Part shown: in pieces, positions 53,229 to 64,000 of the stretch | Position numbering within the stretch: position 1 is the stretch's first letter | How the letters are laid out: every line of letters begins with the position of its first letter | NCBI RefSeq assembly: GCF_963921235.1 | Contig: NC_086101.1 | Span: 6,264,001-6,328,000, forward strand | Source: Mobula hypostoma | Lineage: Eukaryota | DNA: 64,000 bases | Direction: 5' to 3' | Position numbers and translations under genes: made by a program | The notes under the pieces: model-generated | What the model saw: the letters and a program-made list of their open reading frames with translations, nothing else | Told to the model about the DNA's origin: nothing | The model's database searches: none

Positions 53229-54283
53229 CAACACACATCAAAGTTGCTGGTGTACGCAGCAGGCCAGGCAGCATCTCTAGGAAGAGGTACAATCGACGTT
53301 TCAGGCCGAACTCCTTCGTCAGGACTAACTGAAGGAAGAGCTAGTAAGAGATTTGAAAGTAGGAGGGGAGGGGGAGATCCAAATTGATAAGAGAGGACAG
53401 GAATGGGAGGGATCGAGCCAAGATCTGGACAGGTGATCGGCAAAGGAGATATGAGAGGATCATGGGACAGGAGGCCCAGGGAGAAAGACAAGGGGGGGGG
53501 GATCCCAGAGGATGGGCGAGGGGTATAGTCAGAGGGACAGAGGGAGAAAAAGGAGAGTGAGAGAAAGAATGTGTGTATATAAATAAATAATGGATGGGGT
53601 ACGAGGGGGAGGTGATACATTAGCGGAAGTTTGAGAAGTCAATGTTCATGCCATCAGGTTGGAGGCTACCCAGACGGAATATAAGGTGTTGTTCCTCCAA
53701 CCTGAGTGTGGCTTCATCTTTACAGTAGAGGAGGCCGTGGATAGACATGTCAGAATGGGAATGGGATGTGGAATTAAAATGTGTGGCCACTGGGAGATCC
53801 TGCTTTCTCTGGCGGACAGAGCGTAGGTGTTCAGCAAAGCGGTCTCCCAGTCTGCGTCGGGTCTCGCAAATATATAGAAGGCCACATCGGGAGCACCGGA
53901 CACAGTATATCACCCCAGCAGACTCACAGGTGAAGTGTCGCCTCACCTGGAAGGACTGTCTGGGGCCCTGAATGGTGGTGAAGGAGGAAGTGTAAGGGCA
54001 TGTGTAGCACTTGTTCCGCTTACACGGATAAGTGCCAGGAGGGAGATCAGTGGGGAAGGATGGGGAGTGACGAATAGACAAGGGAGTCGCGTAGGGAGCG
54101 ATCTCTGTGGAAAGCAGAGAGAGAGGGGGAGGGAAAGATGTGCTTAGTGGTGGGATCCCGTTGGAGGTGGCGGAAGTTACGGAGAATAACATGTTGGGCC
54201 CGGAGGCTGGTGGGGTGGTAGGTGAGGACAAGGGGAACCCTATTCCTAGTGGGGTGGTGGGAGGATGGAGTGAGAGCAGATGT
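53229..54283 (-). mobile_element. 5'-truncated Penelope-like element (GIY-YIG endonuclease end + pseudo-LTR with hammerhead)
   Basis: VIYCVRCSRCGLLYICETRRRLGDRFAEHL...EEQHLIFRLGSLQPDGMN. Confidence 0.9.
53291..53326 (-). ncRNA. Minimal hammerhead ribozyme motif
   Basis: agtcCTGACGAaggagttcggcctGAAACGTCgatt; stem I has one G-U pair. Confidence 0.7.
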
Positions 54284-54914
54284 CAGATCTACTTTTCTTT
54301 TGCTTCAACCCGATGCTCGGAGAACTAAAAATAAACGGAACACTCCTGAAATCCGCAACAGCTTTGAATCAGTTCGGTGAGATGTCATCGACGTGTATCG
54401 CCAACTCCGTTACTCCTTCCACTGATCCAGACTGACCTGCAGGTCCCGGGGGATAAATGTGTCCAAAACAGAATAACTGATTCCACGTGGGAATCTCTCA
54501 GGATCCCAACCCCATGTTCCGCCTGTACAGCCGGCAGTCTTGCGGCGTGAACATCAAATTCTCAAACAGCCGACTGTTACTCCCCCTTTGTCACTTTTCC
54601 TCTCTCCCCGTGACATATTACCTCCATCGTATGTCCCGCCTCCCCAAGATTCACTTTCACTTCGCTAACCAGCACAACTTGTCCCACTTCATCTGTTTTC
54701 GGTGTGTGTGGACTTTAGGACCTGAAGGAGCCGGCGAGCTCAGGACCCGCCGCCCGCGGCTGCTGCTGAATCCGCGGTGTTTCGGTTCCGTTGACGGATG
54801 CGGTGATCGAGTTAAAATTAATGGATCGATAATTCCCATATTGTGCTTTTTTCAGTCTCCGCACATTTATATATACACTGACTTACTCCTGACGCGTCCC
54901 TGGACCCGACCCGT

Positions 54915-55431
54915 TTACAGACCCGGAGCAGAACCAGAGCAGATTCTCAGCCACTGGTTTTCATGCCAAATCCAGAAGAAAGGATGAAGTTTCTCCGTGA
55001 ATTTATTCCCAGTGAAGGTGTGTAGATGGGACTTGGTCTCCGCGTTTTAAAATGAAACTGTCCCGGACTCATAACTGAGATAAAGTCCCACCCTCCCTGG
55101 GATGGGACCGGCAGGGAGACGGGATTCAGGGGAGGTTAAAAATTTGATTACATGATCCAGAATCCAGTCTCCGGACTCGTTCCGACCCCTCCCTTCCTCC
55201 CCACAGACTCTGCGGCAACTCCAAGACCCCAGCCCCGATTCCCCGTCACCTCCACCTCCCAGTAATGTCTCCCCGACGTGAATCCCTCCGATCCCAGCAC
55301 GCAAAGCCGGACTGTGAACCTCTTCCCAGTGTCAGGGAGATTCCTCCGGGTCCCGGTCCGTCTCACACTCTTCCGATCCTCAGACACCTCGAGCTCCGGA
55401 TGCGCCGTTTCTACATCCAGGGTGACAGAGA
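54915..55431 (-). pseudogene. Orphan, inactivated TRIM B30.2 terminal exon
   Basis: Paralog of 6926-7458 with an intact cacag acceptor. It has a frameshifting indel giving ...GFWIM* (stop at 55148), a TAC>TAA change at GTVSF* (55047), and the AATAAA equivalent is changed to AAAAAA (~54846). Homology ends at ~55563, where a CR1 fragment begins. Confidence 0.9.
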
Positions 55432-56016
55432 CTGTGGTGGGGGGGGGGGGGGGAGAGAAGCAGAGAATTAGCGCCCCCGAAAATCGCCGGGAGACTCGCG
55501 CAGCGCGGTCCCAGGACCGGGGGCGTGGGGCGGCGGTGTGGGGAGAGCCCGCTGGGACTCAGGTACCATTACTACCTGACCAGCATCATTTTCCAGTGAT
55601 CCAATATCAACTTTCACCTCCCTTTCATTTATGCAACTGAAAAAAAAATTAGTATCCTCCTTATATTATTGGCTAGTTTGCGAACATATTTAATCTTTCC
55701 CATCTTATGCCTTTTTGCATTTTAAAAACTTCCCAATCATCCAACCCCACTCACTTTTGCTACCTTACATGCCCTTTCCTTGGCTTTTATGCAGTCCTTA
55801 ACTTTCCTTGTCAGCCACGGTTGCCTCGCCCTGCTATCTGAGATGCCGTGTCCAAGCAAGATCCGGTCAAGCTCTGCCTTAAATACCCCCAAGGATCTGT
55901 CCTCCACAGCCGCCTGTGGTAATAAATTCCACAAATTCCCCACCCTTTGGCTAAAGAAATCAAAATCAGGTTTATTATCACCGGGGTGGGTTGTGAAATT
56001 TGTTTGTACACAGTGG

Positions 56017-57730
56017 TCTCAAAGCTCTACGCTTCTTTTTGGATTCCAGACCTAATCAGTTCCCCTCTACCACCACTCTGCTCTGTCTAGCGGAATTAGT
56101 CCTTACTCTTAATAATTTCTCCTTTTGTTCCTCCCATTTCCTCCAAACTAAAGGTGTAACTATGGGCACCCGTATGGGTCCTAGCTATGCCTGCCTTTTT
56201 GTTGGCTTTGTGGAACAATCTATGTTCCGTGCCTATTCTGGTATCTGTCCCCCACTTTTCCTTCGCTATATCGACGACTGCATTGGCGCTGCTTCCTGCA
56301 CGCATGCAGAACTCGTTGACTTTTTAACTTTGCCTCCAACTTTCACCCTGCCCTCAAGTTTACCTAGTCCATTTCCGACACCTCCCTCCCCTTTCTAGAT
56401 CTTTCTGTCTCTGTCTCTGGAGACAGCTTATCCACTGATGTCTACTATAAGCCGACTGACTCTCACAGCTATCTGGAGCTATACTCCTCTTCTCATCCTG
56501 TCTCTTGCAAAAACGCCATCCCCTTCTCGCAATTCCTCCGTCTCCGCCGCATCTGCTCTCAGGATGAGGCTTTTCATTCTAGGACAAGAGAGATGTCTTC
56601 ATTTTTTAAAGAAAGGGGCTTCCCTTCCTCCACTATCAACTCTGCTCTTAAACGCATCTCCTCCATTTCACGTACATCTGCTCTCACTCCATCCTCCCAC
56701 CACCCCACTAGGAATAGGGTTCCCCTGGTCCTCACCTACCACCCCACCAGCCTCCGGGTCCAACATATTATTCTCCGTAACTTCCGCCACCTCCAACGGG
56801 ATCCCACCACTAAGCACATCTTTCCCTCCCCCCTCTCTCTGCATTCCGCAGGGATCGTTCCCTACACAACTCCCTTGTCCATTCGTCCCCCCCCCATCCC
56901 TCCCCACTGATCTCCCTCCTGGCACTTATCCGTGTAAGCGGAACAAGTGCTACACATGCCCTTACACTTCCTCCCTTACCACCATTCAGGGCCCCAAACA
57001 GTCCTTCCAGGTGAGGCATCACTTCACCTGTGAGTCAACTGGGGTGATACACTGCGTCCGGTGCTCCCGATGTGGCCTTTTATATATTGGTGAGACCCGA
57101 CGCAGACTGGGAGACCGCTTTGCTGAACATCTACGCTCTGTTCGCCAGAGAAAGCAGGATCTCCCAGTGGCCACACATTTTAATTCCACATCCCATTCCC
57201 ATTCTGACATGTCTATCCACGGCCTCCTCTACTGTAAAAATGAAGCCACACTCAGGTTGGAGGAACAACACCTTATATTCCGTCTGGGTAGCCTCCAACC
57301 TGATGGCATGAACATTGACTTCTCTAACTTCCGCTAGGCCCCACCTCCCCCTCGTACCCCAGCTGTTACTCATTTTTATGCACACATTCTTTCTCTCACT
57401 CTCCTTTTTCTCCCTCTGTCCCTCTGAATATACCTCTTGCCCATCCTCTGGGTCACCCCCCCCCCCGTCTTTCTTCCCGGACCTCCTGTCCCATGATCCT
57501 CTCGTATCCCCTTTTGCCTATCACCTGTCCAGCTCTCGGCTCTATCCCTCCCCCTCCTGTCTTCTCCTATCATTTTGCATCTCCCCCTCCCCCTCCAGCT
57601 TTCAAATCCCTTACTCACTCTTCCTTCAGTTAGTCCTGACGAAGGGTCTCGGCCTGAAACGTCGACTGCACCTCTTCCTACAGATGCTGCTTGGCCTGCT
57701 GCGTTCACCAGCAACTTTGATGTATGTTGC
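56017..57730 (+). mobile_element. 5'-truncated Penelope-like element (RT C-terminal half + GIY-YIG + pseudo-LTR)
   Basis: QTKGVTMGTRMGPSYACLF, FLRYIDD, VIHCVRCSRCGLLYIGET; frameshifts; 13-bp TSD ttgtacacagtgg (56004-56016 / 57731-57743). Confidence 0.92.
57632..57667 (+). ncRNA. Minimal type I hammerhead ribozyme motif
   Basis: agtcCTGACGAagggtctcggcctGAAACGTCgact, identical to the 36258-36293 motif and in the same sense as the PLE ORF. Confidence 0.75.
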
Positions 57731-58168
57731 TTGTACACAGTGGCTCTGTTTTAAATGGGCGCCGTTCTATCTGAGGCTGTGCCCTCTTAGCCTTGACTCT
57801 CTCACCATGGGAAACATCCTTTCCACATCAACTCTGTCTGAGCCGTTCAACATATGAAAGGTTTCAATGTCATCCCGCCCCACCATACTTCTAAATTTCA
57901 GTGAGTGCAGACCCAGAGCCATGAAATGTTCCTTGTATGATAAGCCTTTCATTCCCGGAATTATCCTTGTGAACCTCCTCTGGAACCTCTCCAATGCCAG
58001 CACATCTTTCTCAGATGAGGTGCCCAAAACTGTTCACAATATTCAAGGTGAGGCCTCACCAGTGACTTATAAAGCCTCAGCATCACATCCCTGTTCTTGT
58101 ATTGTAGACCTCTTCAAATGAATGCTAACATTGCGTTTGCCTTCCTCACCATCGACTCTACCTGCAAA

Positions 58169-58994
58169 TGTCATAGTCCGGTCCGTGAAGTCCGTATTCC
58201 GGTTCACGGTCCAGTCCATCGACCCTTGCTCCAGGTTTTCCTATCTACCCTGTTCCTGTCTTGTTGAGCTCTAATTGAGGCAGCTGATGCTAGTTGGGGC
58301 TGGCTGCATAAATACCTCCAGAGACCAGGATTGTACTCGTCCTTACTCCTTGGATCCCTTCCTCTGCCTTCTGTTTCCTCACCTGAAGCCCTGCCTTCTC
58401 TTGCCAGTAACTCTCGCCTCGCCTGAAGGTCTGTCTCGCCTTGCTTTGCCAGTAGCCTTGCCTTGTCTTGCCGGTAACTCTCGCCTCACCAGAAGTTCTC
58501 GTCTTGTCCTGCTTTGCCAGTAGCCTTGCCTTGTCTTGCTGTCTGGTTCTGGAGCCACCCTGTACCTCGCTCCTTTCCTGTCCCTTGACTCCGCCCAGGT
58601 AAGCCAGGCTGTCTTGCCATTACCTGGGGTTGGTTCTGTCCCTCCCTGTCCCTTGCCTCTGTCGGGTGGTGACCCGTGCCCTGCCCAGGTGGAGCCCAGC
58701 CTCGCCTCACCTCAGGTCTCGGGCCTCGAGCCTCCAGCCTCGTTCTGCCTGCCAAGCCTCGTCCTTGCCTAATTCTGGGGTCCGAGCCAGAGGCAAGACC
58801 CAGGTACTGGGTCCTTGTCCAATCTCTGGCTCGGAGTCCAAGCCCGGGCTCCTAGCTCTCTTGTTCAGTCCTGTTCCAGGTTCCTGATTTTCCTGTCCAT
58901 GTCCTTGCTATCGCCCTGTATTCTAGTCCTGTCCCTAGTACTTCAGTGTCTGTGTCTTGCACTTGGGTCCGTTCCCAGCCACCACCTTATGACA
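58169..58994. mobile_element. Solo LTR (family 1), duplicated copy
   Basis: Same termini, TSD gcaaa/gcaag and the same insertion site as 278-1048. Confidence 0.85.
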
Positions 58995-61409
58995 GCAAGT
59001 TAACCTTTAGGGTGTTCTGCACAAGGACTCCCATCTCAGATACAAGACTTGCATCTCATACTTTCGGATTTTCTCTCCGTTTAGAAAATAGTCTGCACAT
59101 TTATTTCTACTACCAAAATGTATGACCGTGCATTTCCCACCATTGTATTTCATTTGCTACTCTCTTCCCCATTCTCCAAATCTGTCTAAGTCCTTCTGCA
59201 GCCTGTCCTCAACATTACCTGCCCCTCCACCGATCTTGAAACAAGTAATGAACTCACCTACTTACCTTGCCTCCGCCTGTTCTCACTGAAGCCCTGTCAA
59301 GCCAAAGCCTTTCCACTCTGACTCAAGATTACTCCGACGACGACCGCTCCCGTGATGAACACTCTGCTGGGCGGGACCTCTCTTTTATAGAGACTGGGAT
59401 TCTGAAGCTCTTCGCCGGACCTGCGCGGGATGGCTTCTGTTGGGTCTGCTGAATACTAACATCAAATAATATTCAGAACTGAAGTTCACGAAGGTACGTT
59501 CACAGCCACGAAGCCAGTCACAGCTCTTCCAGCAGCCTGTTACTGGCAGGCCACAGTCTCAATCAGCATAATGACAAGTTCACCTTACAGAGCAGTGAGC
59601 TGAACAATGGCCCAACCCTCACCTCTGGCCCAGACACATTGACCAGAAGACCATAAAATACAGGAGAAGAATTAGGCCATTTTGCCCATTGAGTCTGCTC
59701 TGCCATTTCATCATGCACGATCCATTTTCCTCTCAGCTCCAATCTCTTCCCTTTATGTGCTGACTAATCAAGAATCTATCAACCTCTGCCTTAAATATAC
59801 ATAAAGACTTTGCCTCCACAGCTGCCTGCGGCAACAAATTCCGAGATTCACCACTCATTGCCAAAAGAAATTCCCCCTCATCTCCATTCAAAATGGACAT
59901 CCCTCTATTCTGAGTCTGACTCCTCTCGTCTTTGACTGCCTCACCATCCACTCTACCAAGGCCTTTTAACATTCGGAAGGTCTCGAGGAGATCCCACCTC
60001 ACCCCCTCGCCACATTCTCTTAATTCCAATGAATACAGATCCAGAGCCATCAAACACTCCTCATTTCATAAGTCTTTCAATTCCAGAATCATTTTCGAGA
60101 ACCTCCTTTGAAATCTCTCCAACGTGAGCACATCCTCTCATACCAGAGGGCATGCATTGAAGGTGAGAGGAGGTAGGTTCCAGGGGGATGTTTGGGGTAA
60201 GTTTTTTTTAACTCAGAGAGTCATGGATGCCTGGGATGCGCTGCCTACTATGGTGGTAGAGGTCAATACACCAGAGGCTTTTTAGAGATGTGTGGATAGG
60301 CATATGATTGTAAGGAAGATCGGAGGATATGGACATGGTCAGAGGGATTAGTGTTTGTGTGTTTTTGATTTCCTTTTCAGCTGGTTCACTCAACATTATG
60401 GGTCAACTGACCAGTCCCTCTGTTGTACTGTCCCATATTCTCCCCTTTCTTAGATAAGGGACCGAAAACTGCTCCGAATACTCCGTGAGGCCTCACTGGT
60501 GCGTTATACAGCCTCAAAATTACATCCTTTTATATTTTAGTCTTCTTGAAACAAATGCTAACATTCCATTATCGTTCATCACCCCCGACTCGAATTGCAA
60601 ATTAACCCTCAGAGAATACTGCACAAGTGCCCGTGCACTTTAGAGTTTTGAATTTTCTCTCCATTTAGAAAATAGCCTATGCTTTTATTCCTTCTGCCAA
60701 AGTGCATGACTATACTCTTGAACACTTTATTCCAACTGCCACTTATTTGCCCATTCTCCTAATCTGCCTAAGTTATTCTGTAGCTCCCCTTCTTCCTCAG
60801 AACTACAACCCCTCCACCTATCTTCATATCGTACGCAGACTGGGCCACGAGTCCGTCATGGCACAGTCGTGTATTGGTTGGCACAGCACTTTACAGTGCC
60901 AGTTACCCCAATTCATTTCCTGCCGCTGGTTACAAGGTGTTTCTACGTTCTCCCCATGACCACGTGGGTTTCCTCCAGGTTCTCTGGTTCCCTCCCACAG
61001 TCTAAAAATGTATTGGTTGTAAGTTAATTGCTCATTGTCCTGTAATTAGGCTTGGGATGAAATTGGGCGATTGCTGGGCAGTGTGACTCGAAGGACCAAT
61101 TCCAGGCTGTATCTCATTAAGCTTCTCAGTCAGGAGTCAGGAGAAAGGATAATGCTCCTCTGGGAATTTATTCCAATGAGGGTGTCTTAAGGTTGCGATG
61201 GCAGAGAGATTGGATTCAGAGTAGGAGTTCACATCGAACACGTCACCATCCCCCTCGGTGACCCAGAATCAGAATTGGAATGTGGTTTCATATCACTGGC
61301 AGATGTCATGAAATTTGTTGTTTTGCGGCAGCAGTACATTGCGAGTGTCTTTGGTGACATACGAAGTCTCTTCAGATTCCGAATGAAAAGTAGCCATTGT
61401 TATGCCTTC

Positions 61410-61903
61410 TGTCAGGACAAGCGAGCAGGTATCCAGTCGCTGACCCAGTACTGTGCACACAGTGATATTAATTGAGTAACAAATCCCGAGGTACAAACAA
61501 AGTTGGCGTCAAAGTTCAGGCAGAGATCAAAACATCCAGAGAAATCCAAAACCCAGAATCGGGAAACAGGCAGAGTCAATACTCAGACGGACAGAACACA
61601 GGTACAAATGCTGCAAAGGCTCCGGAAAATTCACTGGCACAATCTGGCAACAAACAGGTGATAATACAGGACTGAAATACACTGAGCAATAAACAGAGAG
61701 GCAGATGATAGGTGGAGCACAATGAGACACAGGTGGCAGCAATACAGGTAATAATGAGAAACAGGTGAGAGACGGAGTACTCAGTAATAGAGGGGCCGGA
61801 GTAGAGCAGGAGTGGGGACAGGAGCACATGGCAATTCAAAACCACATGCTGACAGCGAGGGGGAAACACGCAAAAAGATAGAGTTCAACTGGAGGTACTG
61901 ACA
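61410..61903. mobile_element. Solo LTR (family 2), duplicated copy
   Basis: TG..CA termini and TSD ccttc. Confidence 0.85.
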
Positions 61904-64000
61904 CCTTCTTTGTAAATGCATCAATATTATACATCCACTGAGATACTGACATCCAGGAACTTGAACCAGTGTTGAGCATCTGGTGTCAGTTTGACCCATC
62001 CCTTCCTCTGCTGTGGGAGATTTCAAGATTTCAGTAATTATCTTGGTAGTGGTGTACATCCCACCACAGGCCAGTGTAAAACAGGCTCTGTGTGAACTAA
62101 GCAATGTGGATGACAGTGTGCCTGTAAAAACTTACTGTACATTCTCAAACTAACAGCCACGGATGACCCAGGAGGTTCATAGTCTGTGGCATTCAAGTCT
62201 GCTGACCTAAGTCTGTACAAGACAACCAGGACCTGAGAAGGTTATTTCAAGAGCTAAGGAACAAATCCGAACAAGGCTGGAGGCAAAATTGGATGCATAT
62301 CAACTCTGGCAATGTTTGCAAGCCATTGCTTCCTACAAAGTGAAACCTAACACCATGAACAGCAGTGATGGTCACTCCCAGGTGAGCTCAACACCTTTTA
62401 TTTGCTTTGAAAGGGAGAATAAAACGGCAGTCAGGATCCCTACAGCACCCGGTGACTACGTGATCTCTGTCTGAGGCTGGCATCAGGCTGTCTGTCAGGA
62501 GTGAGAATCCTTGCAAGTTGACAGGGCTCGATGGAGTACCTGGTACGGCTCTGAGAACCTGTGCCAACTAACTGGTGGCTCTTCAAAAACATTATTGACT
62601 ACAGCTCAGCAATTAACACAATCATTCTACAGTTCTGATAAAAAAAAAGTTTCAAAATCTGGGGCTCTGTACCTTTCTCTGCCACTGGATCCTCGACTTT
62701 CCCACCAGAAGACTACAGCCTGTATGAATCAGAAATAACATCTCCACCTTTCCGGTAATCAACACTGGTGGACCTCAGGGATGTGTGCTTAGCCCACTGC
62801 TCTACTCTCTCTCCACCCATGACTGTGTGGCTGGACACAGCTCAAATGTCATCTGTAAATTTGCTGATGACACAACTATTTTGGCACTACTTGTGATGAA
62901 CCAATCCTCACAGAGGGATCAGAAGTGGAAATAATGAGCAATTTCAAGTTCTTGGGTGTCAACATCTCTGAAGATCTATCCTGGGCCCAACATATCCCTA
63001 CAGCTACAAAGAAGGCACATCATCGGCTATACTTCATTTGGAGATGCAGGACATTTGGTATGATACCAACGACACCAGTAAATTTCTATAGATGGACCAA
63101 GGAGAGCATTCTAACTGGCTGCATCACCATCTGCTATGGGGGTGGGACACCGCATAGCATCAAAATAAGCTGCAGAAAGTTGTAAACTTATCAGCTTCAT
63201 CACGGGCACTCGGCTCCCCAGCATCCAGGACCCTCAAGAAACGCTGCCTGAAAAAGGGGGCATCCATCACTCACGACCCCCAACACCCAGGACAGGCCCA
63301 CTTTTCCTTGGTACCATCAGGGTTGAGGTACAGGAGCCTGAAGACACACACTCAACAATTCAAGAATTGCTTCTTCCTCTCTGTCATCAGATTTCTGAAT
63401 GGGTATCAAACCCAATAACACTACCTCACTACTTTCTTTTTCTCAATACTTATTGAATTTAACTTTATATATTTATATACTTCTCACTGTAATTCAGATT
63501 TTATCATGTACTGCAATGTTGAGTGCATATCAACAAATTTCACGACATAAGCAGGTGGTATCAAACCTGATTTTCATCCAATTTATTGCCTCATCCTGAA
63601 TGCAAAACAATCCAGCCTTTTTGACCAACCTCCAATTCAAGACCTTGCAAAAGTTCATGTAGACAACATTGACTGCCTTACCTTCATTAATTTTCTTTGT
63701 ACATTTGCGAAAAAAAAATGCCACAAGATTGATTAGACATGACTTACCACGCACAAAGCCATGCTAACTATCCCTAATCAGTCCGTCTTCCAAATACTTG
63801 CATATCCAGTCCATTAGAATACCTCTCCAGTAACTTTCCCACTACTGATGTCAGAATCACAGGCCTATATTTTCCTCATTTACTTCCAGAGCATTCCTAA
63901 ACAACAGAACAGCATTTGCTATCTCCACAATAGGACTATGGTGGAAGCGATCACATTGTCTCTCCATGCGGCGTGAATCACCTGGAAAATGCAAATACTT

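Larger units (their letters stand above)
57893..64000 (+). repeat. Segmental duplication, copy B (runs off the window)
   Basis: Colinear with 1-5374. It lacks ~380 bp of A (~3390-3770) and has ~1 kb extra (~62000-63020). Confidence 0.95.

Noticed and set aside
52489..53387. Long Pro/Ser-rich and Gly/Arg/Glu-rich ORFs
   Set aside because: These are artefacts of the low-complexity GA tract.
54915..55431. Second B30.2 exon as an alternative exon of the gene in this window
   Set aside because: It lies 5' of exon 1 on the minus strand, so it cannot be spliced into this gene, and it is disrupted.
55564..55640. Possible upstream TRIM exon for the pseudo-exon
   Set aside because: It translates as CR1 ORF2 (VDIGSLENDAGQVVM), not TRIM.

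Overview
This is vertebrate genomic DNA. The repeat content (HE1/V-SINE, abundant CR1, Penelope-like elements, Rex1/Babar) and the TRIM style suggest a cartilaginous fish, probably a ray; that assignment is an inference. The window holds one complete, apparently intact minus-strand class IV TRIM gene (RING-B-box-coiled coil-B30.2/PRY-SPRY). It has six coding exons of 411/96/234/23/119/533 bp (1416 bp, 471 aa) spanning 39698..6926. Its 24.4-kb last intron is filled with nested transposons. A second, orphan and inactivated B30.2 exon lies at 54915-55431. Positions 1-5374 recur at 57893-64000, so the window covers about one ~58-kb unit of a tandem TRIM array. Most of the rest is mobile DNA: a full-length L1-type LINE with TSD, several near-full-length CR1s, a Nimb/I-group LINE with RNase H, Buster-type hAT and Tc1 transposons, solo LTRs, SINEs and Penelope-like elements (PLEs). 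The most notable unexplained structure is a family of PLE ends carrying minimal type I hammerhead ribozyme motifs (AGTC-CTGACGA-stem II-GAAACGTC-GACT). Several are arranged as TSD-flanked fold-back hairpins inside the TRIM introns.
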